Below are positions 7,627 through 14,948 of a stretch of 15,439 bases of DNA, piece after piece. The DNA lies in the NCBI GenBank assembly GCA_903920315.1, contig CAIXLU010000243.1, positions 1 to 15,439 on the forward strand, in the 5' to 3' direction. The notes under the pieces were generated by a model, which was given only the letters and a program-made list of their open reading frames with translations, had not been told where the DNA came from and did no database searches. Numbering within the stretch: position 1 is the first letter of the stretch; each line of letters opens with the position of its first letter. The position numbers were made by a program, and so were the translations under genes. Source of the stretch: an uncultured Oscillochloris sp. GTDB taxonomy: Bacteria > Chloroflexota > Chloroflexia > Chloroflexales > Chloroflexaceae.

Positions 7627-7794
7627 TTGGGCATCAGCGACCATTTTCATTGGATGTTGTGCGCGAATCGCATGGACATCTGATGCACAAGACAAGATTC
7701 GCAGACGCTTTACAGTTCAGGCCAGAATGTGGCATCCTGATGCGCTCGACCTGAAACCTAAAACCTCGCACCTGAAACCTTGTCCAACAGCACT

Positions 7795-9099
7795 ATGCGC
7801 AACTCCCTGCACATCCAGCTTGAACGACTCGCCAGCGACCGCTGGGCACGGCGCGGCGTCCGTATTCTCATGCGCTCGGTTTGGCTGGGTCTCTCGCTCT
7901 GCTGCCTGATGCTTGGCGTCAGTCTGTTCCTCGATGTGACACCGCCCTGGCAGTGGGTTCTCGCCCTCGGCCTGATCTGCATTGCGGGTGGGGCGATCTT
8001 CATTCTGCGCCCGCGTATGTCGGCGGTTGAGGTGGCTCGGCGGCTCGACCGGCGCTTTCGTCTGAATGAGCAGATCGCCACAGCCCTGGAGATTGACTCC
8101 GCACCGACCGGGATTGAGGTCTATCTACTTGATGAGTCGCGCCGTGCGGTTGGCCAGATCCGCCGCAGCGTTGCGCAGCGCCGGGGCTTTCCCTGGAGCG
8201 AGGCGGCGATGATCCTGGCCCTGCTGATCACCCTCGGCGGTCTGGCGGTTATGCTAGGGATCGGCACAGCCAATCCGCTGGCTGCGCCCGAGCCTCTGCC
8301 CGGATTAGCCACGCCCCAGAGCCTGGCGAATGCCTTCCCGACTGAGCCAGTGAGCACACCGAGCAGTCAGCAACCCAGCCCCGACTCTCGTAATGCCGCC
8401 GCTCCCGGTGCCGGCGACCCTGCGGTGATGCGCGCCCTCGCCAACGCTCTTCGCGACCAGAGCATTACCCGTCAGGCAGCAGAGGCTCTTGATCAGGGCA
8501 ACCTCGCCGGAGCTGCCCAAAACCTGCGCGCTCTCGCCGATCAGGCTGGGCGGATCTCGCAGTCGGCTCGCAACGACCTGGGTACCGCCCTGCGTCAGGC
8601 GGCCAGTCAGGTGCAGGCCAGCAGCCCCGATCTGGCCGACCAACTGCGCACTAGTGCCGCCGGTCTCCAGTCCGGCAATGATTCGCAGGCAGCCCAGTCT
8701 CTTCAGGATCTGGCGGGTGCGGTCGAGAAGATGGGTTCTGGCCAAGCCTCCCAGACGGGGGCGGGTCAACAGCCCGGCAGTACCCAAGATTCGAGCCAGA
8801 CGAACGGCCAGGGACAAGGCGGCGGAGCCGGTAACTCAAGCCTGCCCGGCGGCGAGCAGCGCGAACAACCTGCTGATCGGCTCGGCATTGATGGTGTGCC
8901 GCTTGATCTTAATGCCAAGGGCGATGGCACCGCCGCCACTCAGGGTCAGGCCAACAGCAATGCCGGTGGTACCGGTAATAGCGGCGCCTTCTCGCAGGGT
9001 GAGTCAAACCCCAGCACCGACCCGGTGCTGGCAGCCGACGATCCCCTGCGCATTCCAACGGATCTGCGAGATGTGGTTCAAGACTATTTTTCGCCATAG
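7795..9099 (+). CDS. Hypothetical membrane protein: 3 TM helices followed by a long Ala/Gln/Ser/Gly-rich low-complexity domain
   Basis: 434 aa starting from ATG 7795 (MRNSLHIQ...). The ORF track starts at TTG 7780, which has no RBS. TM helices are at about residues 28-50, 54-75 and 140-165. A periodic A/L/Q-rich coiled-coil-like region is followed by a Q/G/S/N-rich disordered tail ending in DYFSP. The last 29 nt overlap the start of the downstream DUF58 gene. Confidence 0.6.
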   Translation: MRNSLHIQLERLASDRWARRGVRILMRSVWLGLSLCCLMLGVSLFLDVTPPWQWVLALGLICIAGGAIFILRPRMSAVEVARRLDRRFRLNEQIATALEIDSAPTGIEVYLLDESRRAVGQIRRSVAQRRGFPWSEAAMILALLITLGGLAVMLGIGTANPLAAPEPLPGLATPQSLANAFPTEPVSTPSSQQPSPDSRNAAAPGAGDPAVMRALANALRDQSITRQAAEALDQGNLAGAAQNLRALADQAGRISQSARNDLGTALRQAASQVQASSPDLADQLRTSAAGLQSGNDSQAAQSLQDLAGAVEKMGSGQASQTGAGQQPGSTQDSSQTNGQGQGGGAGNSSLPGGEQREQPADRLGIDGVPLDLNAKGDGTAATQGQANSNAGGTGNSGAFSQGESNPSTDPVLAADDPLRIPTDLRDVVQDYFSP

Positions 9100-10042
9100 G
9101 CGTCAACCACCAGCCAATAACCGCCAGCCAACGGGCGGGGGTCGTCGTCCTGAGCGCAACGAAGGGCCGCTCTTCGATGAGGCGTTTTTGCGGCGTGTGG
9201 AGCGTATGAGCCTCCAGGCGCAGCGTACCCTGCGTGGCAATCCATCGAGCGGCGAACACCCGAGCCGTCACCAAATTCCGACCAGCATTTTTAGCGACCA
9301 CCGGCCCTACACCAGTGGCGACGATCTGCGTTATGTTGACTGGAATGCCTACGCTCGCCAGAACCATGTGTTGCTACGACTCGGTGAAGCCGAGCAGGAT
9401 GTGAATGTTCATCTCCTGCTTGACGCCTCGCGAAGTATGGCGGCGAGCAACTCGCAGCGCATGCGCCGCGCCCAGCAGCTTGTCGGTACACTTGGCTACC
9501 TGGCCCTGGCCCACAGTGATCGCCTCCAAATTGTGCCTTTTGGCTCAGCCGCCATGCCCGCCTTCGGGCCAACCCAGGGCAAGGCGCGCCTGATCGAGAT
9601 GCTGCGCTTTGTTGAGAACCTCACGCCACAGCCCGCAACCAGCCTGACCGCCGTGATCCGGCAGCACGCCGTGAGCCATCCCCGGGGTGGCCTGATGGTG
9701 ATCTGCTCTGACCTGCTTGCCCCCGATGGTCTGGCTGAGGCACTGGCGACCCTTGCCCCGCCCCGCTGGCAGGTTCTGGTGCTGCACATGCTCAGCCCCG
9801 ACGATCTCCAGCCCAGCACAGAGGGGCCGCTTGAACTAGAGGACAGTGAGACCGGCCAGCGCATGGAGATCATCCTGGACGACGAGACCCTGGCGGCATA
9901 CCGCAAGAGCGTGGCCCACTGGCGCGAGGGATTGGCCAAAGCCTGTACCCGCCGGGGTGCCACCTACGCCCCGATCATGAGCAACTGGCCCCTGGAACAG
10001 CAGGTGGTGCCCTACCTACGCTCCCGGCGGCTGTTGCATTAG
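9071..10042 (+). CDS. DUF58 family protein (vWA-fold, usually the partner of a MoxR AAA+ ATPase)
   Basis: 323 aa from ATG 9071. The ORF-track N-terminus from 8489 is a shadow frame inside the upstream gene. The DUF58 signature is present: LRRVERMSLQAQRTLRG...HPSRHQIPTSIFSDHRPYTSGDDLRYVDWNAYAR. A vWA MIDAS-like DASRS motif is also present (LLLDASRSMAAS). Confidence 0.75.
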   Translation: MWFKTIFRHRRQPPANNRQPTGGGRRPERNEGPLFDEAFLRRVERMSLQAQRTLRGNPSSGEHPSRHQIPTSIFSDHRPYTSGDDLRYVDWNAYARQNHVLLRLGEAEQDVNVHLLLDASRSMAASNSQRMRRAQQLVGTLGYLALAHSDRLQIVPFGSAAMPAFGPTQGKARLIEMLRFVENLTPQPATSLTAVIRQHAVSHPRGGLMVICSDLLAPDGLAEALATLAPPRWQVLVLHMLSPDDLQPSTEGPLELEDSETGQRMEIILDDETLAAYRKSVAHWREGLAKACTRRGATYAPIMSNWPLEQQVVPYLRSRRLLH

Positions 10043-10055
10043 GGCGGACGTGAAG

Positions 10056-10083
10056 ATAGCCGATAGCCGATAGCCGATAGCCG
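10056..10083 (+). repeat. Heptamer repeat (ATAGCCG) x 4, 13 nt after the DUF58 stop
   Basis: GACGTGAAG + 4 perfect units. It is flanked on both sides by CGGACGT (10045-10051 and 10082-10088). Confidence 0.85.
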
Positions 10084-10107
10084 GACGTAACGGCCTCGAT
10101 CCTCTGG

Positions 10108-10136
10108 TTGACAGCCCGGCAGGCGCGTGCTATTGT
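10108..10136 (+). promoter_or_regulatory. Sigma70-type promoter TTGACA-17bp-TATTGT upstream of proC
   Basis: A perfect -35 TTGACA (10108-10113) and a -10-like TATTGT (10131-10136) are separated by a 17-nt spacer. The element lies about 40 nt upstream of the proC ATG. Confidence 0.4.
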
Positions 10137-10173
10137 CGCCACAGTGAGGCGTATTTACACACTTCTAGGATAT

Positions 10174-10992
10174 ATGCTTAAAGATCTGAAAATCTCTGTG
10201 ATCGGGGCGGGGGCGATGGGCGAGGCGATCATCGGCGGTTTGCTGCGGCAGGAATTGGTGTCGGCTGAGCAGGTGCTGGCGACCGATCTGCAGGAAGATC
10301 ACCTGCGCAAACTACAGGCTCGCTACGGGATACAGACGGGCTTGGATAATGTCGCTGCGATCCAGTGGGGCCAGATCGTCATTTTCGCCGTGAAGCCCCA
10401 GCATCTGAAGCAGGTACTCCAGCCCCTGCGCGGTCTGCTACGCAGCGACGTTTTGGTGATCTCGATTGTGGCGGGAGTGACGATCAGCACATTCGCCACC
10501 ATTCTCGATCACCCGGCGGTGGTGCGGAGCATGCCCAACACACCCGCGATGATCGGCGAGGGGATGACGGTCTGGACGACTAGCGAGGCGGTTGGCGAGC
10601 AACAGCGCGGCTGGGCGCGCACGATACTCAGCGCCCTGGGCCACGAGCTGTTTGTGGATAACGAAAACTACCTCGACATGTCCACCGCGCTGAACGGATC
10701 GGGTCCAGCCTACTTCTTCCTGATGATGGAGGCCATGATTGATGCCGGCGTCCACATGGGACTCTCGCGGCCCATCGCCCAGGAATTGGTACTCCAGACG
10801 ATGCTCGGATCGGTGCACTACGCCCAGCAGAGCGGTATGCACCCGGCCCAACTGCGCAACGCCGTCACATCACCCGGCGGAACCACCAGCGCCGCCCTGA
10901 GCGAACTAGAGCGCGGCGGTATCCGTACGGTTCTCTCCGATGCGATCTGGGCCGCGTATCGGCGGTCAGTAGAACTGGGGAAGCAGGGATAG
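10174..10992 (+). CDS. proC: Pyrroline-5-carboxylate reductase
   Basis: 272 aa from MLKDLKISVIGAGAMGEAIIGGLL, a Rossmann GxGxxG fold. It has ProC motifs IFAVKPQ, MPNTPA and GGTTSAALSELE. The upstream part of the ORF-track ORF from 10108 overlaps the promoter and is not coding. Confidence 0.88.
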   Translation: MLKDLKISVIGAGAMGEAIIGGLLRQELVSAEQVLATDLQEDHLRKLQARYGIQTGLDNVAAIQWGQIVIFAVKPQHLKQVLQPLRGLLRSDVLVISIVAGVTISTFATILDHPAVVRSMPNTPAMIGEGMTVWTTSEAVGEQQRGWARTILSALGHELFVDNENYLDMSTALNGSGPAYFFLMMEAMIDAGVHMGLSRPIAQELVLQTMLGSVHYAQQSGMHPAQLRNAVTSPGGTTSAALSELERGGIRTVLSDAIWAAYRRSVELGKQG

Positions 10993-11044
10993 CCCTCATG
11001 TCGGGCTGTCGGTTGGTCTTACCTACGCAAGGAAGGAGATTCCG

Positions 11045-11566
11045 ATGCTCCGCTATCGTATCGTCGTTCTTATTGCTCTCGCCATGCTGGCGATCCTCGC
11101 CCTTCCCACAGGAATCTTGGCTCAGGGAACGACAAGTATCAATGGGGTCGTCTTCCTCAGCGATGCGGCGACACTCCCCAGCAGCGCCGTGATCACGATT
11201 CAGCTCGCCGATGTCACGCAGGCGGGTGTGCCGGCAAAGGTAATCACAGAGCGGGTGTTCAGTACGGGCGGGGCGCAGTCGCCATTTTCATTCAGCCTAC
11301 CCTACAGCCCGCAGCAGATCAGCCAAAATAGCCGCTATATCATCCAGGGGAATATTCGGGTGGCCGGACAGACCCTCTACCGGACAATGGCACCCCATAC
11401 GGTGAGCGCCTCTGGGACCCCATCCAACAACCTCCAGGTGACGATGGTGAAGGTTGCCAATAGCAGTCTGCCCCAGTCGAGCGCGGGGACGCAGCCCCTG
11501 CTGCTGGCCGGTACACTGCTGCTGGCCGCATTCGCTGTTATGGCGCTGAGGCGGCGGTTGATGTGA
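11045..11566 (+). CDS. Secreted/cell-surface hypothetical protein with an N-terminal signal peptide and a C-terminal hydrophobic anchor plus basic tail
   Basis: 173 aa. An RBS AAGGAG lies 5 nt upstream. The signal peptide is MLRYRIVVLIALAMLAILALPTGILAQG. The C-terminus is ...SLPQSSAGTQPLLLAGTLLLAAFAVMALRRRLM. This is the tripartite layout (motif, TM helix, basic tail) typical of C-terminal sorting signals. Confidence 0.6.
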   Translation: MLRYRIVVLIALAMLAILALPTGILAQGTTSINGVVFLSDAATLPSSAVITIQLADVTQAGVPAKVITERVFSTGGAQSPFSFSLPYSPQQISQNSRYIIQGNIRVAGQTLYRTMAPHTVSASGTPSNNLQVTMVKVANSSLPQSSAGTQPLLLAGTLLLAAFAVMALRRRLM

Positions 11567-11568
11567 CA

Positions 11569-11582
11569 ATAGCCGATAGCCG
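11569..11582 (+). repeat. Heptamer repeat (ATAGCCG) x 2, 2 nt after the stop codon, between convergent genes
   Basis: TTGATGTGA(stop)CA ATAGCCG ATAGCCG GG. The array lies in a 26-nt gap between the + gene ending at 11566 and the - gene ending at 11593. Confidence 0.75.
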
Positions 11583-11592
11583 GGTATTGTGT

Positions 11593-13572
11593 TCAGCTCC
11601 CCTCTTTCATAAGCCCCTTACGGATCTGGGCGCGCAGGGCGTCGGCCTCGCTACTGGCACCCGTACTCGCTCCGATGCTGCTGTTGGCCGAGACCGCCTC
11701 CATGCGCTCGGAGAGCAGCATCGCCATAAGCCCTTCCATGAGGCTGCCGCTCCCGCCGCCGTTGCTGCCGCCACCGCCAACCACCATACGCGGAACCACA
11801 TCCACGCCCGACTGCTGGATCGCTTCGGCAAAGCGGCTCATTACCTGCTGCGTCACCTGGAACTGGGGGCCACCGTAGGCGCGCACTTTCTCGTCAATGG
11901 CCATGGCCTCGGCGATACCCAGGCGAGCGATCTTCTCGGCCTCGGCCTCGGCTAAGGCGCGGATCTGGGCGGCCTGCTGGAGCGCCCGCTGGTACTCGGC
12001 CTTGCCTTGGTTGCTCTGCACGGTGATGCTTAGCTCCGACTCGGTAAGCAACGTCTGTTGGCGTGCACGCGATTCAGCCTCGCGTAGCTCGCGCTCCTTC
12101 ACCGACGCTCGCTCCTGACGCCCGTAGGTCTCGATCTGCTCCTCGGCAATCTGCCGTGCGCGCAGTTGGGTCAGGATGTCTTCGATCTTGGTGTCACCCT
12201 TACTTGATGTCGGCGTACCGATTAGCACCTCTTCCAGTTCGAGGTTGTAGACCGCGAACTTCTCACGCATCTGCTCGCCCGCCAGCGATTGGATGGTACT
12301 GCGATCCTGGAGCAACTGGATAATCGTGCGGGTCTGGCCGATATTCTTGAAGTAGGCAGCCACCATGGGGTCGAGGGTCTGCTCAACCAGCCGCTTCACG
12401 TCGCCAAAGCGCTGCACCACCAAGGGCGCTTTGCGGTAGTCAATATGGATCACCACCGAGAGCGGCAGAGATGGCTCGAAGGCATCGCGGGTGATCAGGG
12501 CAATCTCCGAGAGGTTCTCGTCGAGTCGGTGGGCACCAATCTCACCCCGAGTCCACTTCAAGATAATATTGGTCGTCGGCACCATGATCATCTTGCCGGC
12601 GTAGGTGTTGAAGGCGTATTTACCTGGCAGCATCGGGGCACTCCAGACACCTCGGCTACCCTGGCGCACCATCTCGCCGTGGGTATAATCCTCACCCGAA
12701 ATATCAGCGCTGGTGTCCCCGGTGTACGAGACGACGACGCCCACACTGCCAACCTCAATGGTCGTCTTGGGGATTGTTTCAATGGTGGCAAAGAGCCGGT
12801 TGATGTAGTAGGTACCCTCGGTAAGCACCTGGAGCTGGCGTCCGCGCTGACCACCCGCACGCAGGAAGGCGTCGGGGTCCTGGAAGTTGTTATGGTACGT
12901 TATCGGCTCTCCCGGATTATCGCCAACGGTCTGACAGATAATCTCACCCTGCGAGAGGGATGGGCCGTCGTGGACGGTGACGATGCCTACGAGGTCATCG
13001 GTACCCTTGATCACCATGGGGAAGAATCCCGCACGCTCGCTGATGATCACGGCCATATGCTTAATGATCTCGTCGTCCTCGCGGCTAAGGGGTAGAGAGA
13101 AGACCCGCTCCTCAGTGATGACCACGAACTGCATAAGGTTGATCGCGTAGGTACCCTCGCGTAGGACGAGGCGCTGGGGGCCGCGCTGGCCTCCGGCCCT
13201 GAGGAATGCCGCCGCATCCTGGAAATCAACGTCGGGGATCGTCTCGGCCAAGGTCTGGGTGGGACTGAGGGCGCGACCGTCGCGGGCGAAGATATAGCCG
13301 ATCTTGCCCTGAGGGATCGTCACCAAGGGCAGCATATGGATGGTGTACTGGAATGGTGTGATCAGATGGATGCCACCACGCAACACCTGGGGCTGGTAGC
13401 CAGCCTCGCCGCCAAGGGCGATCAGGCCCGAGCGCAACGAACCGCGCCCACCGAAGCGCTTTTCAACAACGCCAATACGGTTGTTCGGGATGATGCGAAC
13501 CCAGGAGAAGAACACGATCAGCATGACAACTACGATAATGGTGATGACCACAAGCGAAATGATCCCAGCCAT
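11593..13572 (-). CDS. Flotillin-like SPFH/band-7 family membrane protein (YqiK/FloT-like), long form
   Basis: 659 aa. It has an N-terminal TM helix (IISLVVITIIVVVMLIVFFSW), a flotillin-type N-terminal region (RIGVVEKRFGG...), a C-terminal E/A/R/Q-rich coiled coil and a Gly/Ser tail. An internal duplicated segment is present (D.AAFLRAGGQRG.Q..VL.EGTY.IN occurs twice). An RBS GTGAGGA lies about 7 nt upstream. Confidence 0.8.
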   Translation of the reverse strand: MAGIISLVVITIIVVVMLIVFFSWVRIIPNNRIGVVEKRFGGRGSLRSGLIALGGEAGYQPQVLRGGIHLITPFQYTIHMLPLVTIPQGKIGYIFARDGRALSPTQTLAETIPDVDFQDAAAFLRAGGQRGPQRLVLREGTYAINLMQFVVITEERVFSLPLSREDDEIIKHMAVIISERAGFFPMVIKGTDDLVGIVTVHDGPSLSQGEIICQTVGDNPGEPITYHNNFQDPDAFLRAGGQRGRQLQVLTEGTYYINRLFATIETIPKTTIEVGSVGVVVSYTGDTSADISGEDYTHGEMVRQGSRGVWSAPMLPGKYAFNTYAGKMIMVPTTNIILKWTRGEIGAHRLDENLSEIALITRDAFEPSLPLSVVIHIDYRKAPLVVQRFGDVKRLVEQTLDPMVAAYFKNIGQTRTIIQLLQDRSTIQSLAGEQMREKFAVYNLELEEVLIGTPTSSKGDTKIEDILTQLRARQIAEEQIETYGRQERASVKERELREAESRARQQTLLTESELSITVQSNQGKAEYQRALQQAAQIRALAEAEAEKIARLGIAEAMAIDEKVRAYGGPQFQVTQQVMSRFAEAIQQSGVDVVPRMVVGGGGSNGGGSGSLMEGLMAMLLSERMEAVSANSSIGASTGASSEADALRAQIRKGLMKEGS

Positions 13573-13650
13573 AATGTAATCCTCACTTCCGCAAATATGC
13601 AGAGCGTCGGTGCGACACTCAAGGGTAATACGTAGAGGATAGGAGGGAGG

Positions 13651-14766
13651 TTACACTCCGGGAAGGCGGATCCTATGGTGGAGCGCACCTTCAAGATCAC
13701 GATATGTTCGCACGTTGTCAAAATCCAGTCTTAGCCCGACCAGTGTCTGGGCCACCTCGGGGCGAATACCTGCCACGGAAACTTCAACACCCAGGAATCG
13801 CGCCGCATGGATTACGTTGAGCAATCCTTCGGCAATCTCATTGTCAACCAGCAGCACCCCGCTGATGTCCAGGATCAGCCGGCGGATCATCCCACCTTGG
13901 ACGGCAAGCAGCGCTCGTTCCTGGAGAGTCTGGATCCGTGCACGGTCGAGTACTCCGATCAGCGGCAACACGAGTGTGTGTGCATCTACGGGTAGCAGCG
14001 GCACACTCAGTTCGCGGATGGCCTCACGTTGCTGCGCGATCTCGTTCAAGAGAGTGGCCTGCTCTGCCGCACGTGCCTCAACCTCGGCGAGTACACTACG
14101 CAGATCAGCGGTACGCTCACCAACCATATTCTCCAGCGTGTCTCGCTGCACAATGATCTCGTGCTCGCGCTCTAGTGCGGCACGCAGTGCGGTGCGTAAC
14201 ATATGGCCAAAGTGGGTGACAAACACACCCAGCACAACCGCAATAGCTAGAAATCCTCCCAGTACGCCACCGATGTTCTCACCGTGCGGTGCTGCGAACC
14301 CAACCCACGGGGTTCCCGCAATCTCTAGCACGATTACACCGCCGATGCCGGCGAGACTCAGGCCCACACTCCAGAGTGCCCCGCGATGTCCAACCAGCAA
14401 CCCCGCAAAGATGATCGGCAGGGCAAAGGTGAACATGGTCGCCCCAGAGCTGTGCGTACCTGTTGCGAACAGTAGTCCGACACAGAGTACGACGATGCTC
14501 ACGCTTGATAAGAGAACGGCATGCGAAAAGTCGCCCCGCCGTAGCACTACCAGCGCAATGATGTACAGCGGTAGTTCGAGCAGCACCAACGACTCAACTG
14601 CGAATGCCTGCGGCAAAGGCAATTCGGTGAGAAACGGCAATGGTGTTGCGATTACTGTCATCGCGATCAGTGCCAAAAGGAGAGTTTGAACCAGCGACGA
14701 CTGCTGTTGCTCCAATGGGTCACGAAACGTGACTGCGCGGATCCAAGCCTGCACCTGAGCCATCAT
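13651..14766 (-). CDS. Polytopic membrane protein with a C-terminal STAS (anti-sigma-factor-antagonist-like) domain
   Basis: 371 aa. The N-terminal half has about 6 TM helices. A coiled-coil linker follows (RSVLAEVEARAAEQATLLNEIAQQREAIREL). The C-terminal ~110 aa have a STAS/SpoIIAA-like pattern (VPLLPVDAHTLVLPLIGVLDRARIQTL...ILDISGVLLVDNEIAEGLLNVIHAARFLGVEVSVAGIRPEVAQTL). It lies 78 nt upstream of the flotillin gene on the same strand, so the two are probably co-transcribed. Confidence 0.65.
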   Translation of the reverse strand: MMAQVQAWIRAVTFRDPLEQQQSSLVQTLLLALIAMTVIATPLPFLTELPLPQAFAVESLVLLELPLYIIALVVLRRGDFSHAVLLSSVSIVVLCVGLLFATGTHSSGATMFTFALPIIFAGLLVGHRGALWSVGLSLAGIGGVIVLEIAGTPWVGFAAPHGENIGGVLGGFLAIAVVLGVFVTHFGHMLRTALRAALEREHEIIVQRDTLENMVGERTADLRSVLAEVEARAAEQATLLNEIAQQREAIRELSVPLLPVDAHTLVLPLIGVLDRARIQTLQERALLAVQGGMIRRLILDISGVLLVDNEIAEGLLNVIHAARFLGVEVSVAGIRPEVAQTLVGLRLDFDNVRTYRDLEGALHHRIRLPGV

Positions 14767-14791
14767 GAATGCTACCGTCCTGTTTATAAGG

Positions 14792-14809
14792 GGATTGATG
14801 CATCAATCC
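14792..14809. promoter_or_regulatory. 18-bp perfect palindrome GGATTGATGCATCAATCC in the leader/promoter of the STAS-flotillin operon
   Basis: The sequence is exactly self-complementary. It lies 26 nt upstream of the ATG at 14766 on the minus strand, at the edge of a locally lower-GC segment. Confidence 0.5.
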
Positions 14810-14948
14810 TCTCCATGAATATGGATGACCACGACCTTGTTCTATGCATCCTATCACTGATCGGCAACATCGTACTCTTGCTCCTCCCGTGCGCTAGCCC
14901 GCAAAATATCAGCGCCCGCCTTGTGACATCCACACGAGCGTGCGATAA

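Noticed and set aside
8489-9070. The N-terminal 194 aa of the 517-aa ORF (8489..10042) as part of the DUF58 protein
   Set aside because: This portion lies entirely inside the better-supported 7795..9099 gene in another frame. It is Arg/Pro-rich, as is typical of high-GC shadow frames. DUF58 homology begins only after the in-frame ATG at 9071.
12289-14689. Long + strand ORFs (268 aa at 12289..13095; 324 aa at 13715..14689) opposite the flotillin and STAS genes
   Set aside because: These are low-complexity Ser/Thr/Arg-rich antisense frames of well-supported minus-strand genes, and they show no domain signatures.
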